IMG/VR virus record: IMGVR_UViG_3300011116_000574
Span: 1-64,000 of that record
Length of the DNA: 64,000 nt
Reading direction: 5' to 3' (one strand)
From: a virus
The position numbers were made by a program, and so were the translations under genes. Shown here piece after piece: positions 1-9,624 of the stretch. Below the pieces are notes generated by a model. The model saw nothing but the letters and a program-made list of their open reading frames with translations. It ran no database searches and was not told where the DNA came from. Within the stretch, counting starts at the first letter, position 1; each line of letters opens with the position of its first letter.

Positions 1-90
1 GATATGGCTAAAGAGGCTGGATGCAGCCACATGACTATACAGCGAGCTTTAGAAAAGTTTGGCTTAATAAAAAAAAGAGGTTCTAAATGA
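1..90 (+). CDS. partial helix-turn-helix protein (C-terminal end)
   Basis: Frame 1 reads DMAKEAGCSHMTIQRALEKFGL..., an HTH pattern; stop overlaps next ATG. Confidence 0.6.
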   Translation, partial: DMAKEAGCSHMTIQRALEKFGLIKKRGSK

Positions 91-827
91 TATACAATAG
101 CATTAAGGAAATGGTAGAAAGCATTGATTCTCCCAAACTTCCTGTAATAATTCCAACACACAACAATCCATCATATTTAAGAATGATGTTAGATCAGTTA
201 GATAAAAATAATTTAAATGATGTGATAATTATTGATAATTTTTCCTTGTACCCAGAAATGCGGGACTTATTAAAACAAGTGTCAGATAAGTACATTGTTG
301 TTGCTAAGTTTACAAATGAAGGACCAAGAGAGTTTTATACTAACCCAATACTATTTAATTGGTTGCCACAAAAGTTTATTGTAACAGACCCAGACATCGG
401 TTTGAATCAGAACTTGCCAGACAATTTTGTGGAAATACTAGACTCTGTTTCAGAAGAACTTAAACTGTTTAAGGTAGGCGTAGCATTAGATATAGAGTTT
501 GATGGAAATGAATGCATAAAGAGGGTGATGCCTTGGGGTTCTACAATTTATGATTGGGAATTAACTATGTATTTAAATCAAATTGGAGAAACATCTAGTG
601 GAGATCCAATTTATAAATCTCCATTAGACACAACATTCTGCTTCGTAAACAAAGCATACGACAACGGAGATTTTTTATACACATCTACCGCCAGAGTGGG
701 TGGCAATTTTATTAGTCAGCATTACGGATGGTACGATAATCCACCAATACCAGAAAAAGAAAATAGCTACTTAATAAATAATGCTGGTCGTTGGTCATCT
801 ACTTCTAATGGGGGTAATTCGGGATGA
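87..827 (+). CDS. glycosyltransferase family 2-like
   Basis: PVIIPTHN, IIIDNFS and TDPD (DxD) GT-A motifs. Confidence 0.7.
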   Translation: MIYNSIKEMVESIDSPKLPVIIPTHNNPSYLRMMLDQLDKNNLNDVIIIDNFSLYPEMRDLLKQVSDKYIVVAKFTNEGPREFYTNPILFNWLPQKFIVTDPDIGLNQNLPDNFVEILDSVSEELKLFKVGVALDIEFDGNECIKRVMPWGSTIYDWELTMYLNQIGETSSGDPIYKSPLDTTFCFVNKAYDNGDFLYTSTARVGGNFISQHYGWYDNPPIPEKENSYLINNAGRWSSTSNGGNSG

Positions 828-1414
828 GTATAAGTGTTATTATAGCAACAATTCCTGGAAGAGAAGGTTTCTTAGAGAGAGCAGTAAATTCAGTAATTAA
901 TCAAACTTTGAAAGCAGATGAAATTATTATTTGCTGTGACAATAAAAGGTTGGGTGCTCCAATAAATAGAGACAAGGCTTTGAATAAAGTAACAAATGAG
1001 TTTGTTGCAATACTAGATGACGATGATTATTTATTACCCTTGCATTTAGAGACATTATTTAGTACAATTAAGGAACAAAATGCAGATTTAGTTTATCCAG
1101 CATGGCAACAAGAGCAAGGTTTTATTACACACCTAAATTATATTTTTGGTAAAGAATGGGACAACAACAATATTCATCAGGTTCCAATAACTTGGATGGC
1201 TAAGACACAATCTTTAATTGATGTAGGTGGCTTTTCTTCGGGCTTTGATGTTAATGTGCATGAGTTAGATGAACAAGGTCATAGGATAGGCGAAGATTTT
1301 AATATAATTAAAAAATTAGTCAATAATAACAAAAAGATTTTCCATGTTAATGAAGTAACATGGGTCTGGAATTCAAATAATCCAGGGTCTACACAAGGTA
1401 GACCAAGCATATGA
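824..1414 (+). CDS. glycosyltransferase family 2
   Basis: ISVIIAT...SVINQT...ILDDDD...GED motifs. Confidence 0.85.
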   Translation: MSISVIIATIPGREGFLERAVNSVINQTLKADEIIICCDNKRLGAPINRDKALNKVTNEFVAILDDDDYLLPLHLETLFSTIKEQNADLVYPAWQQEQGFITHLNYIFGKEWDNNNIHQVPITWMAKTQSLIDVGGFSSGFDVNVHELDEQGHRIGEDFNIIKKLVNNNKKIFHVNEVTWVWNSNNPGSTQGRPSI

Positions 1415-1427
1415 GAAAAGGAATAAT

Positions 1428-2441
1428 ATGAGTAAGAGAGTCCTGCTAACAGGAGCAAGTGGTTTTGTGGGCAGCCATGTCCTTCGCCACATTTTAGTAA
1501 ATACAGATTGGTTTGTTGTTTGTCCAACAACATTTACACATAAAGGTCTACAAGATAGAATTAGAGTAGCTTGTGACGATATTGACGGTGCTTATAAGCG
1601 AGTAAAAGTAATTAAGTGTGATTTTACATCACCAATTTCTCCAATAACAGCACATGAATTTGGCAAGATTGATTATGTTATTAATGTGGCTAGTGAAAGC
1701 CATGTTGATCGAAGCATTGAATATCCAGCACCATTCATTATCAACAATGTCTCTTTGATTTGTCACCTACTTGACTGGGCTAGAATTGCTCAGCCAGAAA
1801 AGATTGTTCAGGTTTCAACAGACGAAGTATATGGTCCTGCTCCAGCTGGGTACGCACATCGTGAATGGGTAGATCAGCATTTCCCAAGTAATCCTTATTC
1901 TGCATCTAAGGCTGCACAAGAAGATATTGCTTTTGCTTACTGGCGTACATATGGATTGCCAATTGCAATTACCAACACAATGAATATTATTGGTGAGACA
2001 CAAGATCCAGAAAAGTTTATGCCAATGGTAATTAAGAAAGTGCTTAACGGAGATGTGATGAAAATTCATGCTTCACCAACAGGTGAAATCGGAAGCCGTT
2101 TTTATCTTCATGCTCGTAATCAAGCAGATGGATTATTGCATGTACTAAATCAGCCTTTCCCAGCTTTTGGCGAGGCAGATACCCCACAGCGTTTCCATAT
2201 TGTTGGTGAGCGCGAAGTAGATAATTTAGAGATGGCTCAAATGATTGCTAGTGCAGTTGGCAAGCCATTAAATTATGAGTTAGAAGACTTCCATTCATCT
2301 CGCCCAGGTCACGATTTGCGGTACGCACTTGACGGCACTAAAATTACGGATACTGGTTGGACTTTGCCAATTCCACTACAGGAATCAATTCAGCGTACTG
2401 TAGAGTGGACAATGGCTCATCCAGAATGGTTGGAGCTTTAG
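1428..2441 (+). CDS. rmlB: dTDP-glucose 4,6-dehydratase
   Basis: TGASGFVG, ASESHVDRSI, STDEVYG, YSASK, RPGHDLRY motifs. Confidence 0.9.
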   Translation: MSKRVLLTGASGFVGSHVLRHILVNTDWFVVCPTTFTHKGLQDRIRVACDDIDGAYKRVKVIKCDFTSPISPITAHEFGKIDYVINVASESHVDRSIEYPAPFIINNVSLICHLLDWARIAQPEKIVQVSTDEVYGPAPAGYAHREWVDQHFPSNPYSASKAAQEDIAFAYWRTYGLPIAITNTMNIIGETQDPEKFMPMVIKKVLNGDVMKIHASPTGEIGSRFYLHARNQADGLLHVLNQPFPAFGEADTPQRFHIVGEREVDNLEMAQMIASAVGKPLNYELEDFHSSRPGHDLRYALDGTKITDTGWTLPIPLQESIQRTVEWTMAHPEWLEL

Positions 2442-2442
2442 G

Positions 2443-3102
2443 ATGACCTTATCCCTTATCGTTCCAGTACTAAATAACTTTAAGGTTTTTGCAGAATTAA
2501 TGGCAACGGTTGACTATCCAGTTCAACCTATTATCATGGACAATTGGGTAGAAAATCGTGGAGTGTCTGGTGCTTGGAACGAGGGGATGAGGAGATCCTT
2601 GAAATATGGCAATAAATATGCTATAATTTCTAATGATGATGCTTCATTTACTCCTGGGGCAATTAAAGAGTTGTATGACACTATTCGTTATACAAAAGCC
2701 GTTATAGTCTCTCCTAATCAAAATGGCAAAGATTTGGCGGATAGCTTTACCCTAGAGAGTAATGCAGATTTCTTTTGCTTCATTGTAGATATTAATCAGT
2801 TAATAGAAAATGTTGGATGGTTCGATGAAAACTTTTTTCCAGCATACTTTGAGGACAACGATATGCATAGAAGAATTAAATTGGCTGGACTGAAAAACTA
2901 TATACGAAAAGATGTTCGTGTAAATCATGTAGGTTCAGCCACACAATTCTTTGACCCAAGCAATCCAGTCGTAGATGATTGGAAATGGGATAGGGTTCAG
3001 GGGTATTATATATCTAAATGGGGCGGGATGCCAGACAAAGAAACTTATTCTCACCCATTTAATAATGATAAAAATGATTTAAAATATTGGGAGAAAAAAT
3101 GA
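2443..3102 (+). CDS. glycosyltransferase family 2
   Basis: SNDD and VGWFDENFFPAYFEDND motifs. Confidence 0.85.
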   Translation: MTLSLIVPVLNNFKVFAELMATVDYPVQPIIMDNWVENRGVSGAWNEGMRRSLKYGNKYAIISNDDASFTPGAIKELYDTIRYTKAVIVSPNQNGKDLADSFTLESNADFFCFIVDINQLIENVGWFDENFFPAYFEDNDMHRRIKLAGLKNYIRKDVRVNHVGSATQFFDPSNPVVDDWKWDRVQGYYISKWGGMPDKETYSHPFNNDKNDLKYWEKK

Positions 3103-3698
3103 CAGAAAGACCTAGATTTTCAATAATTGCTGTAGATTATGAACATCATGTACCAAGAGATGGCTTTCGCAGTGGAATTGAATCATTGGCAAATCAAACA
3201 TTCAAAGATTTTGAATTAATTATTTGCCATGATGGTCCAAAAGAAGTGCCATACGAAGAAGAAATTGATTTTGAAGCTTTAGGATTAAAGCCAATAATTA
3301 TAAATACTCCAGAGCATCGGGGAGAGTGGGGACACCCTTCAAGAGATTTGGCTATGAAACAGGCAACTGGAGAATTTTTTATCCAGTTTAATATTGATAA
3401 TATTTTTTATCCAGAAGCATTTGAAAAAATTGATCAAAGATTGACCGATGCACAAACTCAAATTTTAATATTTCATATTTTACACTTTAAGGTAAATAAT
3501 GGAACGGCTCCGTTTAGTGGTATACCACCAGTTGTAGCAAGCATTGATGCTATGCAATTAGTTGCACATAGAGATATCTGGGAAGAAGTTGGATATTGGT
3601 ACCGCAATGATTTTTGTGCAGACGGATATATCTATCAAGACATGTGCACAAGGCATCCTTGGGCGGAACTACCAGAAGTATTAGGAAACAATTATTAA
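3099..3698 (+). CDS. glycosyltransferase family 2
   Basis: QTFKDFELIICHDG, ATGEF..FNID motifs; ATG overlaps previous stop. Confidence 0.8.
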   Translation: MTERPRFSIIAVDYEHHVPRDGFRSGIESLANQTFKDFELIICHDGPKEVPYEEEIDFEALGLKPIIINTPEHRGEWGHPSRDLAMKQATGEFFIQFNIDNIFYPEAFEKIDQRLTDAQTQILIFHILHFKVNNGTAPFSGIPPVVASIDAMQLVAHRDIWEEVGYWYRNDFCADGYIYQDMCTRHPWAELPEVLGNNY

Positions 3699-4018
3699 TG
3701 ACAAATAAAAAAGAACTTGAAGACCTGTATAATGCAGCCAAGAAAGCTCCTGCGGGCGATTTAATATTGGGGGCTGCAGTTGAAGTAATTGACTTGCTGA
3801 TTAGAAAAAACATTTCTTATGGCAACTCAGCACTTTATCCAAATGGCATTTTTGCCAAAGGTGATGCGGTAGAACAATTATCTGCCAGATTAGATGACAA
3901 ACTAAATAGAGTGAAAAATAACGAATCCTTTGAAAATGAAGGTATGCTTGATGCTGTTGATGATATTATCGGATATCTTGTCTTATTAAAAATTGCAGTA
4001 CAAAATAAGCAAAAATAG
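3698..4018 (+). CDS. DUF1599 / nucleotide-modification-associated domain 1-like protein
   Basis: RKNISYGNS...RLDDKLNR...DDIIGYLVL pattern; ATG overlaps previous stop. Confidence 0.65.
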   Translation: MTNKKELEDLYNAAKKAPAGDLILGAAVEVIDLLIRKNISYGNSALYPNGIFAKGDAVEQLSARLDDKLNRVKNNESFENEGMLDAVDDIIGYLVLLKIAVQNKQK

Positions 4019-4047
4019 TGTATAATATATATAACAAAGGATAAAAT

Positions 4048-4215
4048 ATGCCAAATTATGATTACAAATGCTTGACTTGCGAGAAAAAGTTTGATAGAGT
4101 AGTATCTATTGACGAGAGAGATAATCAAACCTGCGAAGAATGTGAAGGAAAAGCTGAGAGGCAAATCACATTTGGTGGCATGGTTTGGGCACCAACTGCT
4201 GGAGGATGGCGATAA
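4048..4215 (+). CDS. FmdB-family zinc ribbon protein (not in ORF track)
   Basis: MPNYDYKCLTCEKKFD...TCEECEGKAERQI, with AAGGA SD upstream. Confidence 0.8.
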   Translation: MPNYDYKCLTCEKKFDRVVSIDERDNQTCEECEGKAERQITFGGMVWAPTAGGWR

Positions 4216-4490
4216 TGGCAAAGAAAAAAGATACACCAATGAACTTAAACCCTGCTTGGGAAGTTACATATTTTTATAAACACGGAAGAGATGAAATTGA
4301 GCCAGGGGATTTTGTTAAAATTAAATTCCAAAGAGGTCAATTTAAATTTTTACGCCATGTTTATCACACAGAAAAGGGTGTGGCTTGGTTAGATTGTTTT
4401 GGACCAGAGGGATACAGATCATTCTACATTGAAGAATTAAAGGGCAAAGTAAAGCCTAAAAAGTTCAGGAGAAAGAAAAATGTCGTCTGA
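4215..4490 (+). CDS. hypothetical protein
   Basis: Translationally coupled ORF between FmdB gene and terminase genes. Confidence 0.7.
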   Translation: MAKKKDTPMNLNPAWEVTYFYKHGRDEIEPGDFVKIKFQRGQFKFLRHVYHTEKGVAWLDCFGPEGYRSFYIEELKGKVKPKKFRRKKNVV

Positions 4491-5004
4491 GTTAGAAGTT
4501 GCTGATAAATTTGATCAGATGAATCGTGTAGTTGAAGAAATGCTTAAGGGCAACAATCCTACACAAATTGCAAGAGAACTTAAAATCAAAAGGGTTGAGG
4601 TCTTAGACCATATTGACACTTGGAAAAGTTTGGTAAAGGGCGATAGCACAATTCGTGAGCGGGCAAAAGAAGCACTTGCTGCAACAGACCAGCATTACGC
4701 AATGATTATCAATCGGGCTTGGGAAACTGTAGAGCAAGCAGACGCAAACGATCAACTCAACATTAAATCACAAGCACTAAAATTAATTGCCGATGTTGAG
4801 GGTAAAAGAATTGATATGCTACAAAAAGCTGGACTGCTAGAAAATAATGAACTGGCAGATCAGTTGCTGGATACAGAGCGTAAACAAGAAATACTTGTTG
4901 GAATACTTAGAACAGTTACTGCAGAATGTGATCATTGCAAATTTGAGGTAGCAAGACAACTATCTGAAGTTACTGGCAAGGTAGAAGCAGTCCAGGTTGA
5001 CTAA
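4480..5004 (+). CDS. probable terminase small subunit
   Basis: N-terminal HTH (NPTQIARELKI), helical body, coupled directly to TerL. Confidence 0.6.
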   Translation: MSSELEVADKFDQMNRVVEEMLKGNNPTQIARELKIKRVEVLDHIDTWKSLVKGDSTIRERAKEALAATDQHYAMIINRAWETVEQADANDQLNIKSQALKLIADVEGKRIDMLQKAGLLENNELADQLLDTERKQEILVGILRTVTAECDHCKFEVARQLSEVTGKVEAVQVD

Positions 5005-6833
5005 TGGAATTTACTGATTTTTTAGAAGCCCTAGAAGATGATGTATTTGAAGAAACTCCTATAGATATTGAAGAGTTTGTTACAAGTAAAGATTTTTTGG
5101 GGCTTCCCCCTTTGTCACAACATCAGTACACCATGATTAAAGCATCAACACAAATTTATAAATTAGAAACTCTTATTCAATTGTACGGTGAAGAAGAAGG
5201 ATTAAAAAGGCATAAGCAAACTTGTACAGAAGTTATATTTCAGCTTGGAAAAGGTTCTGGAAAAGACTATGTATCTACTATTGCTTGTGCCTTTATTGTT
5301 TACCGTTTACTATGCCTAAAAGATCCAGCCAGATATTTTGGAAAACCCACAGACGATGCCATTGACATTATTAATATTGCTATTAATGCTGAACAGGCTA
5401 AAAAGGTTTTCTTTGGTGGCTTCCTAAAAAGAATTAAAAATTGCCCTTGGTTTGCTGGAAAGTATGACGATAAGGTTGCATCTATCACATTCCCCAAATC
5501 TATTACTGTTCATTCAGGTCACTCTCAAAGAGAATCTTGGGAAGGATACAATGTTATTATGGTTATCCTAGATGAGATTTCTGGTTTTGAATTGGAATCA
5601 ACCACAGGTCACGCATCAGCAAAGACCGCAGAAGCAATTTACAAGATGTATCGTCAGTCTGTCACATCTCGCTTTCCAAGTGTTGGCAAAATTATTCTTC
5701 TTTCATTTCCCCGATTTAAGAATGATTATATTCAGCAGCGATATAATCAAGTGGTGGCAGATAAAGAAATTATTATTAGATCTCATACATTCAAAAAGGA
5801 TGAAGATTTGCCAGATGGCATTAAGGAAAATGAATTTACAATTGAATGGGAAGAAGACCACATCATCAATTATAATACCGCAAAAACCTTTGCTCTTAAA
5901 AGACCAACTTGGGAAATTAACCCTACCATTAAAATTAATGATTTAGCTCAGGCTTTTTATGACGATCCAGTAGATTCACTTTCTCGTTTTGCCTGTATGC
6001 CACCAGACGCTGTGGATGCGTTTTTCAAATCTCGTGAAAAAATTGAGACTGCCTTTGTTCAAATGAATGGCGTAGATAATCAGGGAGCTTTTGAAAACCA
6101 TTTTGTTCCAGATGAGGAAAAAGTTTATTTTGTCCATGTTGACTTGGCTCAAAAACATGACCATTGTGCTGTTGCACTCGCCCATGTTGATCATTGGGTA
6201 AGTATGAAAATTGCGGGACAGATGAAAGATGCTGCCCCTAAAGTTGTAGTAGATGCTGTCAGATGGTGGACACCAACAAAAGATAAGTCTGTAGACTTTG
6301 CCGAAGTTAGAGATTATATTTTGCAACTACGCTCTCGGGGATTTAATATCAAACTTGTCACATTTGACCGCTGGAACTCCCATGATATGATGCAACAAAT
6401 GATTGCCTATGGAATGAAGTCTGAAATTTTATCTGTAGCGAAAAAGCATTATGACGACATGCAACTGGTAATCACAGAAGAAAGATTGGCTGGACCAAAA
6501 ATACCGCTTTTGGTAGAAGAGCTTTTACAATTAAGAATTATTAAAGACAAGGTAGATCACCCACGAAAAGGCTCTAAAGACCTCTCGGATGCCGTTTGTG
6601 GGGCTATATACAATGCTGTGGCGGGAACACCAAGAAACCTTGATCAAGAAGTTAAGATTTATGATTATACATCTTATCACAGAGAAGATGAAGAAGAGTA
6701 TTTAAAGAAAAATGCAAGTACAATTCAAATGCCTCAAATGAATATCATGCCTAATGATATTAGAGAATTTTTAGGAATGAATCCTCCAGAAAACGATGGA
6801 TTAGAATTCATTGACAATTTTACAATCCTTTAG
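5004..6833 (+). CDS. terL: terminase large subunit
   Basis: Walker A GKGSGKD, Walker B VILDE, nuclease HVDLA...KDLSDA. Confidence 0.93.
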   Translation: MEFTDFLEALEDDVFEETPIDIEEFVTSKDFLGLPPLSQHQYTMIKASTQIYKLETLIQLYGEEEGLKRHKQTCTEVIFQLGKGSGKDYVSTIACAFIVYRLLCLKDPARYFGKPTDDAIDIINIAINAEQAKKVFFGGFLKRIKNCPWFAGKYDDKVASITFPKSITVHSGHSQRESWEGYNVIMVILDEISGFELESTTGHASAKTAEAIYKMYRQSVTSRFPSVGKIILLSFPRFKNDYIQQRYNQVVADKEIIIRSHTFKKDEDLPDGIKENEFTIEWEEDHIINYNTAKTFALKRPTWEINPTIKINDLAQAFYDDPVDSLSRFACMPPDAVDAFFKSREKIETAFVQMNGVDNQGAFENHFVPDEEKVYFVHVDLAQKHDHCAVALAHVDHWVSMKIAGQMKDAAPKVVVDAVRWWTPTKDKSVDFAEVRDYILQLRSRGFNIKLVTFDRWNSHDMMQQMIAYGMKSEILSVAKKHYDDMQLVITEERLAGPKIPLLVEELLQLRIIKDKVDHPRKGSKDLSDAVCGAIYNAVAGTPRNLDQEVKIYDYTSYHREDEEEYLKKNASTIQMPQMNIMPNDIREFLGMNPPENDGLEFIDNFTIL

Positions 6834-6848
6834 TATTATAGAATGCCT

Positions 6849-6921
6849 GGGGAGTTAGCTTAATGGTTAAAGCATCTGTCTTATTAACAGCCGACTGAAG
6901 GTTCAAATCCTTCACTCCCTA
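6849..6921 (+). tRNA. tRNA-Ile(UAU), atypical
   Basis: Cloverleaf GGGGAGT/ACTCCCT, anticodon loop CTTATTA, T-loop TTCAAAT; TTGACA-N17-TATTAT promoter upstream. Confidence 0.8.
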
Positions 6922-6957
6922 CTTGACAGTAAGGATATATCATGATATACTATCCCT

Positions 6958-7296
6958 ATGCCTTATAAAAATAAAGAAGATTTATATAAAAATCAACAAC
7001 AAACAAGAGATAGAAATTCCGAAATGGTTTGGAAATTGTTGTCGGAATCCGAATGCGTTGACTGTGGAATTTCAGATCCAAGAGTATTACAATACGACCA
7101 CCTTCCAGAAAGCGATAAAAAGTTTAGTATTTCTAGAGCTTGTTCTGGAATGACTATTTCTTGGAAAAGAATCCAGGAAGAAATTGACAAATGTGAAGTT
7201 GTGTGTGCTAATTGTCATCAAATAAGAACTTCCGAAAGAGGAAATTTTATTAGGCATAGGCTTTACAAAAAGGATAGTGTGGGTTCGACTCCCTAA
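6958..7296 (+). CDS. HNH endonuclease
   Basis: CVDCG...LQYDH...CEVVCANCHQIRT; own TTGACA-N17-TATACT promoter, leaderless. Confidence 0.88.
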   Translation: MPYKNKEDLYKNQQQTRDRNSEMVWKLLSESECVDCGISDPRVLQYDHLPESDKKFSISRACSGMTISWKRIQEEIDKCEVVCANCHQIRTSERGNFIRHRLYKKDSVGSTP

Positions 7297-7306
7297 CTAT
7301 TCACTT

Positions 7307-7417
7307 GGCTACAGGCACTTTCTTGGGATGGTGTAGTTACTTATGGTAAGAGTCCATAGTTGGGCTACGAAGTTCAGCCTTTTGTTTGTGCGGGATTTTC
7401 GTCAGGTGTCTGTAGCC
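7307..7417 (+). ncRNA. candidate structured ncRNA, unknown class
   Basis: 12-bp terminal stem GGCTACAGGCAC/GTGTCTGTAGCC enclosing hairpins TATGG/CCATA and GGCT/AGCC; intergenic. Confidence 0.6.
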
Positions 7418-7480
7418 TCAAAAAGTGGTATAATATAATCAGGTGAAAACCTATTTTAAAAATAAAGGAAATGATTTTAA

Positions 7481-7912
7481 ATGGCTTATCCAATTAAAAA
7501 TGGAGAAAAAAGAGTAACTTGTGCCTATGGTGTTAAAGGACCACAATGGCAATCAGGATGGCATCAAGGAATTGATCTTGGTGGACCAATTGGCGAAGAT
7601 GTTTTTGCTGTGGCAAATGGCGTTGTAGTGGGTGTTGGAATTTGGGGATCAGCTTTTGGTAAAGATGCTGTCGTCATTAAGCATAAATTCCGTGTTCGCT
7701 CATACTATTGTGTTTATGCACACATGGGAGTTCATTCTGTTAAGGCTGGAGACAAGGTTAAAATTGGTCAAAAGGTTGGCGAAATCGGAGTTGAAGGAAA
7801 TTCTGGTGGACCACACCTACATTTTGAAGCACAAAAAACACCATACTGGCAAGTTGGCGGAGGAGTAAATCCAAAGTGGATACTTTCTTATAGGTCTAGA
7901 AAGACAAAATAA
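7481..7912 (+). CDS. M23 peptidase (probable endolysin)
   Basis: HQGID, YAHM, GPHLHFE zinc motifs. Confidence 0.9.
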   Translation: MAYPIKNGEKRVTCAYGVKGPQWQSGWHQGIDLGGPIGEDVFAVANGVVVGVGIWGSAFGKDAVVIKHKFRVRSYYCVYAHMGVHSVKAGDKVKIGQKVGEIGVEGNSGGPHLHFEAQKTPYWQVGGGVNPKWILSYRSRKTK

Positions 7913-8274
7913 TGCAATTCGGACATGGGGCAAAAGATCCATTCTACATTGAATACAATGTGTCAGACGCACAGGGTATGTGGGCGGTTTGTAAAGAAAA
8001 CAATGCTCAGGTAGTTGGAGTATATTCTACAGAAGAAGAGGCTAAGGTAGCCTTAGAAGCTCTTGTAGTCCAAGTTGACAATTATGAAGAAAAAGGGGTT
8101 GAAGAAGAAGGCACCCCAGCACTTTCATTTTGGAATGGGTCTTTTGCGCCAGTATTTGGATCTTTAGATCAAGATGCCAGATACAACTCAACCTACAACG
8201 CCCCACCAAATCACGATGGTAAAAAATCTACGGGATATGGCAATAGTTCAGGCTACGGCTATAGCAACCAGTAA
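7912..8274 (+). CDS. hypothetical protein, candidate internal head protein
   Basis: Carries FWNGSF, matching the scaffold C-terminal motif. Confidence 0.6.
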   Translation: MQFGHGAKDPFYIEYNVSDAQGMWAVCKENNAQVVGVYSTEEEAKVALEALVVQVDNYEEKGVEEEGTPALSFWNGSFAPVFGSLDQDARYNSTYNAPPNHDGKKSTGYGNSSGYGYSNQ

Positions 8275-8283
8275 GGGGGAGCT

Positions 8284-8514
8284 ATGTCAAAGTTTTTGAA
8301 AAAAATTAAAAAAGCAATACATAATAACCCGACAATTATTTATGGATGGGCATCAGTTGGTGCAACATACATTGTTAAGAAATATCCAGAAATTCCAAAT
8401 GAATTAATTATATTTACATTGTTGAGTTTCTTAGGTCTTAGTCACCGAGTACAAAGAATTGAAGATAAAAAAACAGAGGAAGCCCTCTATACAGAAACCC
8501 CTAAAGGAGAATAA
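8284..8514 (+). CDS. small membrane protein, possible holin
   Basis: Two hydrophobic segments, charged termini, near the M23 gene. Confidence 0.45.
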   Translation: MSKFLKKIKKAIHNNPTIIYGWASVGATYIVKKYPEIPNELIIFTLLSFLGLSHRVQRIEDKKTEEALYTETPKGE

Positions 8515-8648
8515 TGGGAAAACATCACGACAAAATAGCGGAAGCACTAGAAATCCGCAGAAAACATACCCCAAATAAAAGCGGGTACAATACACCAGGA
8601 TCCATGAACAAGAAAAAAACTGGCTACAAAAAGCGTTCAGGCAGATAG
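8514..8648 (+). CDS. small basic protein (44 aa, not in ORF track)
   Basis: MGKHHDKIAEALEIRRK...PGSMNKKK; AAGGAG SD. Confidence 0.65.
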   Translation: MGKHHDKIAEALEIRRKHTPNKSGYNTPGSMNKKKTGYKKRSGR

Positions 8649-8665
8649 TAAGGTATAATATACAT

Positions 8666-9115
8666 ATGGATGAATTAGCTTTATTACTTAGAAAAGCCCA
8701 GGCAAATGCATTTCAGATGTATTCTCAGTCGCATGGGTACCATTGGAATGTGGTTGGTCCACATTTTAAACAATTTCACGCATTCTTTCTTGAGATTTAC
8801 GAAGATGTGTTTGACTCAGTTGACCTTTATGCAGAAATGCAGCGCAAGATTGGTAAGTATGCACCATTTGGTGCAGCAAACATGGCACTAATTTCAGATG
8901 TTCAAATTAATGACACCCTTGACCTAAAGCCATACGATATGCTACAGGAACTTTACAAAACAAATAACACTGTTTTGGAAAGCCTTACTAAACTGTTTGA
9001 CAAATCTAATGAATTGAATGAGCAGGGTATTTGCAATGATGTTGCAGCCCGCATTTCACAGCATCAATTCTGGGCATGGCAGATCAAAGCTTCATTTGAG
9101 TGGGGCTGGGGGTAA
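8666..9115 (+). CDS. dps: Dps / DNA-binding ferritin-like protein
   Basis: HWNVVG.HF.QFH..F.EIY...D..AE ferroxidase signature; leaderless after GGTATAAT. Confidence 0.88.
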   Translation: MDELALLLRKAQANAFQMYSQSHGYHWNVVGPHFKQFHAFFLEIYEDVFDSVDLYAEMQRKIGKYAPFGAANMALISDVQINDTLDLKPYDMLQELYKTNNTVLESLTKLFDKSNELNEQGICNDVAARISQHQFWAWQIKASFEWGWG

Positions 9116-9525
9116 TGAAGCCCAAAGCGATTGTTTGTGATATTCACAATACAGTCCTGATTCCCGACAAGAATGATAAGCCTATAAACAATGTCATTGA
9201 ATTCTTGAAAGAGCATGCGTCAACTCACAGAATAATTATGATGACATCTAGTCCAGAAAAAGATCGGGCAGAAGTCACAAAAGATCTCAGAGACCTTAAA
9301 ATACCTTTTGATGAAATAATTATGAATAAGTTGGAAGAAGACTCCGATGACTATAAGTATGATGCCATGAAAGACCTATTGGTTAAATATGATGTCACCC
9401 TATTTATTGATAATAAAAAAGAGAATCGTAAGGCTATTAAAAAGCTGGGAATCCGTACAAAAAAACCTGAAAACATTTCAAATAAAATATTGACAAAGAC
9501 CGTTTGGTCTGGTATATTTATATAA
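9115..9525 (+). CDS. HAD-superfamily phosphatase-like protein
   Basis: IVCDIHNT (degenerate DxD), K, FIDN motifs; ends in TVWSGIFI. Confidence 0.7.
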   Translation: MKPKAIVCDIHNTVLIPDKNDKPINNVIEFLKEHASTHRIIMMTSSPEKDRAEVTKDLRDLKIPFDEIIMNKLEEDSDDYKYDAMKDLLVKYDVTLFIDNKKENRKAIKKLGIRTKKPENISNKILTKTVWSGIFI

Positions 9526-9534
9526 TAGCAATTA

Positions 9535-9607
9535 GCCCCATTAGCTCAGCAGATAGAGCAAACGGTTTCTACCCGTTAGGTCGTGGGTGCAAATCCTACA
9601 TGGGGTA
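9535..9607 (+). tRNA. tRNA-Arg(UCU)
   Basis: GCCCCAT/ATGGGGT acceptor, AACGG-TTTCTAC-CCGTT anticodon arm. Confidence 0.9.
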
Positions 9608-9624
9608 CTAAAAGAAAGAAAAGA

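Noticed and set aside
6849-6921. Ochre (UUA) suppressor tRNA or stop-codon recoding
   Set aside because: Stem register places UAU at 34-36; genes are full length under code 11 and use TAA, TAG and TGA as stops.
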